Shown one piece after another: positions 1 to 8,021 of a stretch of 26,162 nucleotides of DNA; the first letter of the stretch is position 1; each line of letters opens with the position of its first letter. The position numbers and the translations under genes are program-made. The notes below the pieces were generated by a model that had not been told where the DNA came from, did no database searches, and saw only the letters and a list, made by a program, of their open reading frames with translations. The stretch comes from Clostridia bacterium (GTDB lineage Bacteria > Bacillota > Clostridia > UBA1381 > UMGS1253). Location of the stretch: NCBI GenBank assembly GCA_017411585.1, contig JAFQPV010000080.1:1-26162 (forward strand), written 5' to 3'.

Positions 1-19
1 CACCTTTTGGTCTTCCCAT
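1..19 (-). CDS. 5' end of an ORF (MGRPKG...), probably IS3-family transposase OrfA/HTH protein; runs off the window
   Basis: ATG at 19-17 gives ATG GGA AGA CCA AAA GGT, with SD-like AAGGGG upstream. Only 6 codons are visible, so the product is inferred from the start motif and the flanking IR. Confidence 0.5.
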
Positions 20-40
20 ATAAATCAACCCCTTTTCTTT

Positions 41-49
41 AGTATAGCA
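41..49 (-). promoter_or_regulatory. Extended -10 element (TGcTATACT) for the MGRPKG ORF
   Basis: Minus strand reads TGCTATACT about 22 nt upstream of the ATG. No good -35 is present; that position is covered by the palindrome. Confidence 0.5.
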
Positions 50-50
50 T

Positions 51-90
51 AAAAAATGATGGTAGACACTTTTTTGTGTCTACCATCATT
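51..90 (-). terminator. Perfect 15-bp inverted repeat; terminator-like for gltX read-through and/or transposase binding site
   Basis: AATGATGGTAGACAC (55-69) and GTGTCTACCATCATT (76-90) flank a 6-nt loop. On the minus strand the stem is followed by a T run. Confidence 0.65.
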
Positions 91-123
91 ATATCACTTC
101 ATTTACATCCGTCTTTTTTAAAA

Positions 124-1575
124 TTATGCTAATTTTTCAATACCCTTTTTAATTCTGGCAATTGTTTCTTCTTTACCTAAAAGCTCTGCGATTTCAACGC
201 CACCACCCGGAGTGAATTTCTTGCCGGAAACAGCCACGCGCAGCGGGAATAAAATCACGCCGTTCTTTACGCCGAGGCTTTCGATGAGGGCAAAGAGTGC
301 ATCGTGGATTGCATCGTGTGTCCAGTCTGTAAGACCTTCCAGCACCGGCAGAATCTTTTCGAGTGCATCTTTGGACACTTCCTCGTTGGTCTTCATCTTT
401 TTGTTGACATACAGCTCTGTGTCGTAGTCGCAAAGCGTGTCAATAAAGTCAATATTTTCCGGAATGTCGGAAAACTTCTCCGTACGGTCGTGCAGCAGTG
501 CGGAGAGCAGATTGTAGTCTACATCGCGCTTTACGGCCTGCTTGTAGTACGGCATAGCCTTTTCGGTAAACTCTTCGATGGTGAGCTTTCTGATGTACTC
601 TGCATTCATCCAGTTTAACTTGTTTACATCGAAAATTGCCGGGGACTTACTGATGCCGGAAACGTCAAATGCGGCTACAAGCTCATCGAGCGTAAAGATT
701 TCCTGCTCTGTACCCGGACTCCAGCCGAGCAGGGCAATATAGTTGATGATGGCATCCTTTAAGTAGCCCTTGTTGATAAAGTCTTCATACGATGCGTCGC
801 CCTCACGCTTGGAAAGCTTTTTCTGCGCATCCTTCATAACCGGAGAGCAGTGAATGTACTTTGGAATCTCCCAGCCGAAGGCTTCGTAGAGCAGATTGTA
901 CTTCGGTGTGGAGGAAAGATACTCGCTGCCGCGGATAACGTGTGTGATGCCCATTAAATGGTCATCGATAACATTTGCGAAGTTGTAGGTCGGCAGACCG
1001 TCTGCCTTTAAAAGAATGTTATCGTCGAGTGTGGAATTTTCAACAGTGATGTCACCGAATACCTCATCGTGGAACGAGGTTGTGCCCTCCTGCGGAATCT
1101 TCTGACGGATAACATACGGCACGCCGCTTGCAAGCTTTTCTTGGATTTCTTCTTTCGAGAGTCTCGAGCAGTGCCCGTCATACTTCGGCGGCACTTTAGA
1201 TGCTGTCTGAATTGCACGCAGCTCCTCTAAACGGTCCTTGTCGCAGAAGCAGTAGTAGGCTGCGCCCTTTTCTACGAGCTCCTCTGCATACTTTTTGTAC
1301 ATACCGCGGCGCTCGCTCTGGATATACGGGCCGCAGCCGCCGTCCTTGTCCGGACCTTCATCGTGTACAAGGCCGGTGTCGGCGAGCGTTTTGTAAATCA
1401 AATCTACCGCACCCTCGACGTAGCGTTCCTGGTCGGTGTCCTCAATTCTTAAAATAAATGTACCCTCATCGCTCGAGCGCGCAAGCAGCCATGCATACAG
1501 TGCGGTTCTTAAGTTACCGATGTGCATATAGCCGGTCGGGCTCGGCGCAAAACGGGTTCTGACTTTGTTTGCCAT
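124..1575 (-). CDS. gltX: Glutamate--tRNA ligase (483 aa)
   Basis: [12 protein letters not shown] (HIGH motif), LRIEDTD, CFC..C zinc site, KLSKR (KMSKS motif). Start placed at ATG 1575 behind SD GAAAGG, not at the ORF-track start 1641. Confidence 0.98.
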   Translation of the reverse strand: MANKVRTRFAPSPTGYMHIGNLRTALYAWLLARSSDEGTFILRIEDTDQERYVEGAVDLIYKTLADTGLVHDEGPDKDGGCGPYIQSERRGMYKKYAEELVEKGAAYYCFCDKDRLEELRAIQTASKVPPKYDGHCSRLSKEEIQEKLASGVPYVIRQKIPQEGTTSFHDEVFGDITVENSTLDDNILLKADGLPTYNFANVIDDHLMGITHVIRGSEYLSSTPKYNLLYEAFGWEIPKYIHCSPVMKDAQKKLSKREGDASYEDFINKGYLKDAIINYIALLGWSPGTEQEIFTLDELVAAFDVSGISKSPAIFDVNKLNWMNAEYIRKLTIEEFTEKAMPYYKQAVKRDVDYNLLSALLHDRTEKFSDIPENIDFIDTLCDYDTELYVNKKMKTNEEVSKDALEKILPVLEGLTDWTHDAIHDALFALIESLGVKNGVILFPLRVAVSGKKFTPGGGVEIAELLGKEETIARIKKGIEKLA

Positions 1576-1612
1576 GCTATTCAACCTTTCTTGGGTATTT
1601 ATACCTCTATAT

Positions 1613-1641
1613 ATTATAATTCCCGAAAAAAGTATTGTCAA
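1613..1641 (-). promoter_or_regulatory. sigmaA promoter of gltX
   Basis: Perfect consensus TTGACA (1641-1636), 17 bp spacer, TATAAT (1618-1613). Confidence 0.9.
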
Positions 1642-1649
1642 TATTAAAG

Positions 1650-1678
1650 TTGCATAGAAACGGGTTTGATGGTATACT
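1650..1678 (+). promoter_or_regulatory. sigmaA promoter of the uvrC-pgeF-SBP unit
   Basis: TTGCAT (1650-1655), 17 bp spacer, TATACT (1673-1678), with the extended -10 TG. Confidence 0.85.
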
Positions 1679-1709
1679 ATGTATAAGAAATTTTAAAGGA
1701 GGGCAAAGC

Positions 1710-3563
1710 GTGTTTGACTTAAAGCAGCAGCTCAAAAAGCTCCCGGAGCTGCCGGGCGTATACTTAATGCACGATAAAGACGATAATGTCATCTATGTCG
1801 GCAAGGCAAAAATACTTAAAAATCGTGTGCGTCAGTATTTTATGCAGAGTAAAAACCACTCTGCCAAGGTGCTTGCCATGGTCAGCCACGTTGCCTGGTT
1901 TGAATATATTATCACGGATTCAGAGCTAGAGGCGCTTGTGCTTGAGTGTAACCTTATTAAAAAGTACAAGCCGCATTATAATATTCTTTTAAAAGACGAC
2001 AAGCATTATCCGTATATTAAGGTTACGATGAATAAGGACTACCCGCGCCTTTCGATTACGCGCAGTATGCTGCCGGACGGTGCGCGTTATTACGGGCCGT
2101 ATTCCGGGATGGGCGTGGTGCGCCAGACGGTGGAACTGATTAAAAAAATCTTTTTAATTCCGACTTGCAAAAGGAGTTTTCCGCAGGACATCGGCAAGGG
2201 CAGGCCGTGCCTGAATTATCAGATAAAAAAATGCTTTGCACCGTGCCGCGGCGAGATAACGCAGGCGGAGTACAGAGCGGTATTTGAGCAGATTTGTATG
2301 TTTTTAGACGGCAAGAGTGATGAAATTGTCCGCGCACTTGAAATACAGATGCAGGAAGCGGCAGAGAATATGGCATTTGAAAAGGCGGCGGAAAAGCGCG
2401 ACCAGATTGCGGCAATTCATGCTGTAAATGAGCGGCAGAAGATTATTTCCGATGCGCAAACCGACCGTGATGTCGCCGATTTTGTCAGCTATGATGATAA
2501 GGCGTTTTTTGAAATGTTCTTAATCCGCGGCGGTCGTATGACCGGACGACAAAGCTATCGTGTTGACGGCGTGAGCGATATGACAGACGGCGAGATTATG
2601 GCGGAGTTTTTAAAGCTTTACTATTCTGCCGCAAGCTATGTGCCGCCGGAGATTTTGCTCGGCTGTGCGGCAGAGGATGCGGAAATGCTCGAGCTGTATT
2701 TATCATCGCTGCGCGGCAAAAGAGTGCATCTTGCCGTGCCGGTGCGCGGCGAGAAAAAGCAGCTGGTGCATATGCTTTTAATGAACATCAACAATGCAAT
2801 CGACGATTATAAAATCAGTGAATTAAAGCGCGAAACTGAGCGCGGTGTATTGGAAAAGCTTGCAGAGTATACGCATCTTTCTAAAATTCCGCGCCGCATC
2901 GAAAGCTATGACATTTCCAACACCGGCGGTACGGGTACGGTCGGGGTAATGGTGGTTTTTGAAAACGGAACGGTGAACAAAGCGGCGAAGCGCAATTTTC
3001 GTATTCAAAGTATTGAAGGACAAAACGACTATGCAGCTATGCAAGAGGTGATTTATCGCCGTATGCAGCGTGCACACGCAGAGCTTGCCGCAATTGAGGC
3101 AGGTACACTATCCAAAAAGGATGCAAAGTTTTTGCCGCTGCCGGATATGATGCTCATTGACGGTGGTAAGGGGCATGTCGGTGCAGTGCGTGAGGTGCTG
3201 GTGCAGTTTGCGCCGGAATTTGGTGTGTTTGGTATGCAAAAGGATGACCGGCACAATTTTTCTGAATTAATTGACGGTGTGCAGACGGTGGAAATCCCGA
3301 AGAACTCCGCACCGTACCGATTAATTGGTACCATTTGTGAAGAAACGCATAATACCGCCATCGGCTATCATAAAAAGGTGCGCAGGCAAAATGCCTTCCG
3401 CTCGGAGCTTGCGGAAATTCCGGGCGTGGGCGAGGTGCGCAGAAAGCAGCTTTTACGCGCGTTTAAAACGCTCGATGCCGTTGCGCGGGCAAGCGTAGAA
3501 GATTTGCAGGCGGCAGGCCTCGATAAGCGCAGCGCGCAAAATGTGTATGATTATTATCATTAA
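1710..3563 (+). CDS. uvrC: Excinuclease ABC subunit C (617 aa)
   Basis: N-terminal GIY-YIG domain (PGVYLM..IYVGKAK..R), Cys-rich region, UVR coiled coil, RNase H-like domain (YDIS, DYAAM, LIDGGKGH), C-terminal HhH (IPGVG). GTG start at 1710 behind SD AAGGAGG. Confidence 0.97.
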   Translation: MFDLKQQLKKLPELPGVYLMHDKDDNVIYVGKAKILKNRVRQYFMQSKNHSAKVLAMVSHVAWFEYIITDSELEALVLECNLIKKYKPHYNILLKDDKHYPYIKVTMNKDYPRLSITRSMLPDGARYYGPYSGMGVVRQTVELIKKIFLIPTCKRSFPQDIGKGRPCLNYQIKKCFAPCRGEITQAEYRAVFEQICMFLDGKSDEIVRALEIQMQEAAENMAFEKAAEKRDQIAAIHAVNERQKIISDAQTDRDVADFVSYDDKAFFEMFLIRGGRMTGRQSYRVDGVSDMTDGEIMAEFLKLYYSAASYVPPEILLGCAAEDAEMLELYLSSLRGKRVHLAVPVRGEKKQLVHMLLMNINNAIDDYKISELKRETERGVLEKLAEYTHLSKIPRRIESYDISNTGGTGTVGVMVVFENGTVNKAAKRNFRIQSIEGQNDYAAMQEVIYRRMQRAHAELAAIEAGTLSKKDAKFLPLPDMMLIDGGKGHVGAVREVLVQFAPEFGVFGMQKDDRHNFSELIDGVQTVEIPKNSAPYRLIGTICEETHNTAIGYHKKVRRQNAFRSELAEIPGVGEVRRKQLLRAFKTLDAVARASVEDLQAAGLDKRSAQNVYDYYH

Positions 3564-3574
3564 AGGGTGAAACT

Positions 3575-4372
3575 ATGCAGAAAGGCTTTGTGCGATATAC
3601 AAAAGGAAAGTTGGTATATTACACCATACCGGCTTTTACAAAGACGGGACTGGTGCGTCACGGGTTTTCAACGCGGCTCGGCGGTGTGAGCACCGGCGAA
3701 ACGGCAGAGCTGAATTTAGGCTTTTATCGCAAGGATACGCGCGAGAATGTGTATGAAAATTTTGGCATTCTTTGCAATGCACTCGGCATCGAGCGCGACA
3801 GACTTGTGCTCTCTAAGCAAGAGCACCACGATGGCATTCGGGTTATTACCGCGGCGGATTGCGGCAAGGGCATCGTGCGCGAAAGCGACATTACCGACAC
3901 GGATGCCTTTATCTGCAACACGCCCGGCGTGCCTGCTGTTGTGTTTTGCGCAGACTGTGTGCCGGTGTTTTTGCTCGATGTAAAAAAGAAGGCGTTTGGC
4001 CTGGTGCACTCCGGCTGGCGCTCGACGGTGCTGGAGATTGCGAAAAAGACGGTTTTGAAAATGCAGGCAGAATTCGGTACAGAGCCAAAGGATGTGCTTG
4101 CTGCCATCGGACCGTCTATCGGGCAGTGCCACTTTGAGGTAGATGCCGATGTAGCGGGGCAGTTTGATGCACCATATCAAAAGCAGGTCGGTGAAAAGTA
4201 TCATATTGACCTTTGGTCGGTCATTGTTGACCAATTGAAGTCTGCCGGTGTACAAGATGAGGCCATTACGCTGGCAGAGCTGTGTACCTTTTGTCATAGC
4301 GACGAATTTTTTTCCAATCGCGCACACAAGGGCAAAATTGGCTTAATGGGTGCGATGATGGAGCTGATATAA
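3575..4372 (+). CDS. pgeF: YfiH/PgeF-family (laccase-domain) purine nucleoside phosphorylase / peptidoglycan editing factor
   Basis: HGFSTRLGGVS, Q-x-H, ADCVPV, HSGWR, IGPSIG.CHFEV, CT.C..FFS.R motifs. Confidence 0.93.
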   Translation: MQKGFVRYTKGKLVYYTIPAFTKTGLVRHGFSTRLGGVSTGETAELNLGFYRKDTRENVYENFGILCNALGIERDRLVLSKQEHHDGIRVITAADCGKGIVRESDITDTDAFICNTPGVPAVVFCADCVPVFLLDVKKKAFGLVHSGWRSTVLEIAKKTVLKMQAEFGTEPKDVLAAIGPSIGQCHFEVDADVAGQFDAPYQKQVGEKYHIDLWSVIVDQLKSAGVQDEAITLAELCTFCHSDEFFSNRAHKGKIGLMGAMMELI

Positions 4373-4387
4373 GGGAAGAGATATCAA

Positions 4388-5944
4388 ATGAAAAAGAGGA
4401 TTACCTTTACAATTGCAATACTGCTTTGTGCCGCACTGCTTGCCGGCTGCGGCTGTGCGCCGACGAAACCGCAGCAACAGCACGCGGTTTACAAAGAGGG
4501 CGGTACGGGTGTCATCAGCTTACCGCTGACGTATTTTGATACATTCAATCCGGTGCTGACACAGTCGGAGACGGTTTTAGATGCAATGATGCTTGTCTAT
4601 GACAGTCTTTACCGTCGTGGTGCGGATGGTCAGATGCAGCCTTTGCTTGCGGCGCAGACAGAGGTTTCTGCAGATGGGCTGACGTATACGCTGCATCTGA
4701 GAAACGATGTGCGTTGGCACAATGGGGATATGTTTTCTGCCTACGATGTGTCGTATACACTTGCGGCGATTGCGGCTGCGGAAAGTTCGCAGCTGAAAGG
4801 ATGCCTTTCCGGCATTGCTGCGCATACGGCAAAAAGTAATTTTGTGTATGAATTCACTTTGATTGAGCCGAACAGCTGTTTTATAGACCAACTGGATTTT
4901 CCGGTGATTCGCCGCGGTACGGACTGTACAGCAGTGCAGGCGGATTATGTACCGATGGGGACATCGGCGTATTACTATATAGATACGGACAGAAGCCGCG
5001 CGCACATTTTGGGGAAAAATCAAAATTGCACAACGGTTGTGGCAGGTGCAATCGAGGAAATCGTATTAAAGGAAATTCCGGCAGCGGATAATCTGATGTA
5101 TGCATTGGAAAGCCGCGAGGTGGAAGCGGTGCACGTGGATACGAAGCAGCTGCGCACATACAGTGCGAAGGGCAATGTGACCACGGTGCCGTATGTCAAC
5201 CGCAATTTTACCTTTTTAGGGATGAAGGCCGAGGGGGCGCTTGCGGACAAGCAGGTGCGCCGCGCACTGTCACTGATTTTGGACCGTGATGCAATTAAAA
5301 CCAACGCAATGTTTGGGCGATTTGTGCCGTCAACCTTGCCGTTTGTGCCGGGCAGCAACATCAATCCGATGGATGAGACACAGCCGGCGGAGGATGCGGC
5401 AACGCTTTTGACGGCGGCAGGGTACGCACAGACAAGCGAAGGAACGTGGCAAACGGAAACCGAAGAAGGCGTGCAAAACTTAAGTGTTTCTATCTTAGTC
5501 AATGCGGATAATGAGGTGCGCTGCGCAGCGGCAGAGGAGATTGCAAAGCAGTTTAAGGCGTTCGGCATTGGCGTTTCTATAGATAAAACGGATTTTGAAA
5601 CCTATACCATGCGTGTAGATGCGCGCGAATACAATATGTTTTTGGGCGAGACGTTGCTTGCAACGGATTTGGATGTTTCTGCATTTGTCGGCATTTGGGC
5701 GCGCTTTGCGTCACCGGTGGGGCAGAACATGGACACGCTTTTGTATAATGCGCGTGCTGCTGTAACGCCGGAAGATAAGGAAACGGCATTTTTGGCGCTG
5801 GCGGATGCCATCAGCGATGAAGTGCCGGTGATTTCGGTCGGTTTCGGACAAAATGCCGTGATTATCAACGACAGAATTGATGGCGAAATTTGTCCGGTAT
5901 ACCAGAATATTTATTGTGATTTTGCACTTTGGGATGCCGCCTGA
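4388..5944 (+). CDS. ABC transporter family-5 (peptide/nickel) substrate-binding lipoprotein, orphan
   Basis: Signal peptide with LAGC lipobox (Cys21); DTFNP..VYDSLY and VRWHNG..FSAYDV.YT family-5 signatures; VRRALSLILDR. No permease or ATPase gene is adjacent. Confidence 0.88.
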   Translation: MKKRITFTIAILLCAALLAGCGCAPTKPQQQHAVYKEGGTGVISLPLTYFDTFNPVLTQSETVLDAMMLVYDSLYRRGADGQMQPLLAAQTEVSADGLTYTLHLRNDVRWHNGDMFSAYDVSYTLAAIAAAESSQLKGCLSGIAAHTAKSNFVYEFTLIEPNSCFIDQLDFPVIRRGTDCTAVQADYVPMGTSAYYYIDTDRSRAHILGKNQNCTTVVAGAIEEIVLKEIPAADNLMYALESREVEAVHVDTKQLRTYSAKGNVTTVPYVNRNFTFLGMKAEGALADKQVRRALSLILDRDAIKTNAMFGRFVPSTLPFVPGSNINPMDETQPAEDAATLLTAAGYAQTSEGTWQTETEEGVQNLSVSILVNADNEVRCAAAEEIAKQFKAFGIGVSIDKTDFETYTMRVDAREYNMFLGETLLATDLDVSAFVGIWARFASPVGQNMDTLLYNARAAVTPEDKETAFLALADAISDEVPVISVGFGQNAVIINDRIDGEICPVYQNIYCDFALWDAA

Positions 5945-5950
5945 CAGCAC

Positions 5951-5980
5951 TTGACTTTCTATGTGGATTTGTGGTATACT
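5951..5980 (+). promoter_or_regulatory. sigmaA promoter of the yicC-thiN superoperon
   Basis: TTGACT (5951-5956), 18 bp spacer, TG-n-TATACT (5975-5980). Confidence 0.8.
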
Positions 5981-6041
5981 GATTTATCTGGAACTATGTA
6001 AATAAAATCAGAAAAAACCATAGAACAGGAGTAGAAAAGTT

Positions 6042-6920
6042 ATGATTAAAAGTATGACGGGCTACGGTCGTTTTGAAGGCGTGGTCGAGGACAAGAAAAT
6101 TCTTGTGGAAATCAAGTCTGTCAATCACAGATATGCAGACTACAACATTAAGGTACCGCGCTATTTCGGTTATCTGGAAGACAAGGTGCGTGTTTATGCC
6201 TCGGAGTATATCAACCGCGGTAAGGTAGATATTTACGTGGCAATGGAAAGCTTTGGCGAAGCGGATAAGCAGGTAACGCTCAACGCGCCGCTTGCCGAAA
6301 ACTACATAGAGGTGCTTCATGAGCTTCGTGATATGTTCCAGTTAAGAGACGATATCAGTGTTGGCTCAGTTGCACGTTTTTCGGATATTTTCTTAACCGA
6401 GCGCAAGGAAGAGGATGCAGAGCATATTTGGGAGATTGTAAAATCGGGCCTTAGCCAGGCAATGAACGATTTTGTGGAAATGCGCAAGCGTGAAGGCGAA
6501 AGAATGCTTGCCGATTTGCGCCAAAGAAGCGCATTTATGCTCGACCGCGTTGCTGAAATCGAAGTGCGTTCACCGAAGTGCGTGGAAGAATACAGAGCAA
6601 AGCTTCGCGCGCGCATCGAAGAAGTGCTGGAGTCGACCAATATTGATGAGGCACGTATTTTGACAGAGGCTGCCATTTATGCAGATAAAATTGCGGTGGA
6701 TGAGGAAACCGTGCGTCTGCGAAGCCATTTTGATGAGATGGAAAACATCCTGACCTCCGGCGAGCCGGCAGGCAGAAAGCTCGATTTCTTAATTCAGGAA
6801 ATTAACCGTGAAATCAATACCATCGGCTCGAAGGCAAATGATATTGAGGTTGCTAAAATTGTCGTGGATTTAAAAGCAGAGCTTGAAAAGCTGCGCGAGC
6901 AGGTACATAACATCGAATAA
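6042..6920 (+). CDS. yloC: YicC/YloC family endoribonuclease
   Basis: MIKSMTGYGR, EIKSVNHRY, RGKVDI, EE..RL.SH, GRKLDFLIQE.NRE.NTIGSK, EKLREQV.NIE; canonical position before remA-gmk. Confidence 0.95.
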   Translation: MIKSMTGYGRFEGVVEDKKILVEIKSVNHRYADYNIKVPRYFGYLEDKVRVYASEYINRGKVDIYVAMESFGEADKQVTLNAPLAENYIEVLHELRDMFQLRDDISVGSVARFSDIFLTERKEEDAEHIWEIVKSGLSQAMNDFVEMRKREGERMLADLRQRSAFMLDRVAEIEVRSPKCVEEYRAKLRARIEEVLESTNIDEARILTEAAIYADKIAVDEETVRLRSHFDEMENILTSGEPAGRKLDFLIQEINREINTIGSKANDIEVAKIVVDLKAELEKLREQVHNIE

Positions 6921-6932
6921 GGGAGAAACCAT

Positions 6933-7202
6933 ATGAAACTGATTAACATTGGTTTTGGCAATATTGTTGCTGCCGACCGCCTGGTTGCTATTGTCAGCCC
7001 GGGCTCTGCACCGGTAAAGCGTATGGTGCAGGAAGCGCGTGAGCAGGGCAATCTTGTGGATGCGGCATACGGACGCCGCACACGTGCGGTTTTGGTTATG
7101 GACAGCGGGCATGTTGTACTGTCTGCATTGGCACCGGAAACGGTTGCCAATCGTATGGACGGCACAATGCCGCAGGCAGAGGAGGATGAAGATGAAGAAT
7201 AA
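6933..7202 (+). CDS. remA: RemA/DUF370 regulatory protein
   Basis: [46 protein letters not shown]; synteny. Confidence 0.95.
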   Translation: MKLINIGFGNIVAADRLVAIVSPGSAPVKRMVQEAREQGNLVDAAYGRRTRAVLVMDSGHVVLSALAPETVANRMDGTMPQAEEDEDEE

Positions 7203-7803
7203 CCGGGGCAATTTGTTTGTGGTATCAGGTCCATCAGGTACCGGCAAGGGAACGATTTGTAAGGCGCTTTTGGAAAAGCGCGACGATGTGGTATTATCCG
7301 TATCGGCAACGTCGAGATCGCCGCGGCCAGGTGAGGAAAACGGTGTGCACTACTTCTTCTTGACCGAGGAGGAGTTTAGAAATAACATAGACAACGGGCA
7401 GATGCTGGAACATGCCGTATTTTGCGGCAACTATTACGGTACGCCGAAGGCATATGTCGAAGAGATGCTGGCTGCAGGCAAGAATGTTATTTTGGAAATT
7501 GAAGTGCAGGGCGCAATGCAGGTGCGTGCGAAGCATCCGGAGGGTGTGTATGTGTTTGTAATGCCGCCGTCGTTGCAGGAGCTGCGCGAGCGTTTGGTTG
7601 GGCGCGGCACAGAGGCTTTAGAGGTTGTAGAGCAGCGTTTAAAGACAGCCGAGCGCGAGTTTGGCTACATTGAAAAGTACAACTATATCGTGGTAAACGA
7701 TGATATAGATGCAGCAGTAAATCGCTTCAGCGCCATTATAGACGCGGAGCGCTGCAGAATGGAAAGAAATATTGAATTTATTAAAGAGGTGTGTGAAGGA
7801 TGA
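7192..7803 (+). CDS. gmk: Guanylate kinase (203 aa)
   Basis: [11 protein letters not shown]-loop, [24 protein letters not shown]. Start moved to ATG 7192, 6 nt after SD GAGGAGG (7179-7185). Confidence 0.97.
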   Translation: MKNNRGNLFVVSGPSGTGKGTICKALLEKRDDVVLSVSATSRSPRPGEENGVHYFFLTEEEFRNNIDNGQMLEHAVFCGNYYGTPKAYVEEMLAAGKNVILEIEVQGAMQVRAKHPEGVYVFVMPPSLQELRERLVGRGTEALEVVEQRLKTAEREFGYIEKYNYIVVNDDIDAAVNRFSAIIDAERCRMERNIEFIKEVCEG

Positions 7804-8012
7804 TTTATCCGGCTATTTCGAAACTTGTAGACAGAACAGGAACAAGATACTCGCTCGCAGTACTGACTGCGCGCCGTGCGCGTCAGCTTGGTATGCAGAA
7901 GGAAGGCTCTTTTTCCGGCAAGTATGACGAAGCAATCTTAGAAGCAATCGGTGAAATTGAATCCGGCAAGGTGAAGGCGGTTCCGAGCCTGAATGCAATG
8001 CTGAATGATTAA
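7800..8012 (+). CDS. rpoZ: RNA polymerase omega subunit
   Basis: MIYPAI..L, RYSLAV..ARRARQL, AI.EI; ATGA overlap with gmk; synteny. Confidence 0.93.
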   Translation: MIYPAISKLVDRTGTRYSLAVLTARRARQLGMQKEGSFSGKYDEAILEAIGEIESGKVKAVPSLNAMLND

Positions 8013-8021
8013 GGTGATTGT

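Larger units (their letters stand above)
1..101 (-). mobile_element. Probable left end of an IS3-family (IS150-group-like) insertion sequence, truncated by the window
   Basis: The minus strand from 101 reads TGAAGTGATATAATGATGGTAGACAC. This fits the pattern TGAA.TG-N10-G.TAGACA that I recall for IS150-group left ends. It is followed by an internal palindrome, an extended -10 promoter, an RBS and an ORF starting MGRPKG. Only one end is visible. Confidence 0.55.

Noticed and set aside
1576-1612. T-box leader for gltX
   Set aside because: The leader is only about 30 nt; no room for a T-box.
1657-1668. GAAACGGGTTTG as a LexA (Cheo) box for uvrC
   Set aside because: Three mismatches to GAAC-N4-GTTC.
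1576-1709. N-terminal extensions of gltX (to 1641) and uvrC (from 1635) in the ORF track, and the 61-aa ORF 1607-1792
   Set aside because: They overlap the two promoters, lack an RBS and have no family-like sequence; good SD-linked starts exist at 1575 and 1710.
3716-4327. 203-aa antisense ORF (likewise 4577-5023, 5020-5568, 8009-8728, 10559-11188, 18262-18831 and other short track ORFs)
   Set aside because: All lie within well-supported genes, have no RBS or recognisable motifs, and are expected shadow ORFs at this GC content.
6003-6044. Similar AACAGGAGT..AAAA.TTATG context before yloC and rpe as a repeat element
   Set aside because: Explained by shared SD and spacer composition.
7039-7191. 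51-codon N-terminal extension of Gmk
   Set aside because: It lies inside remA; the strong SD points to ATG 7192.
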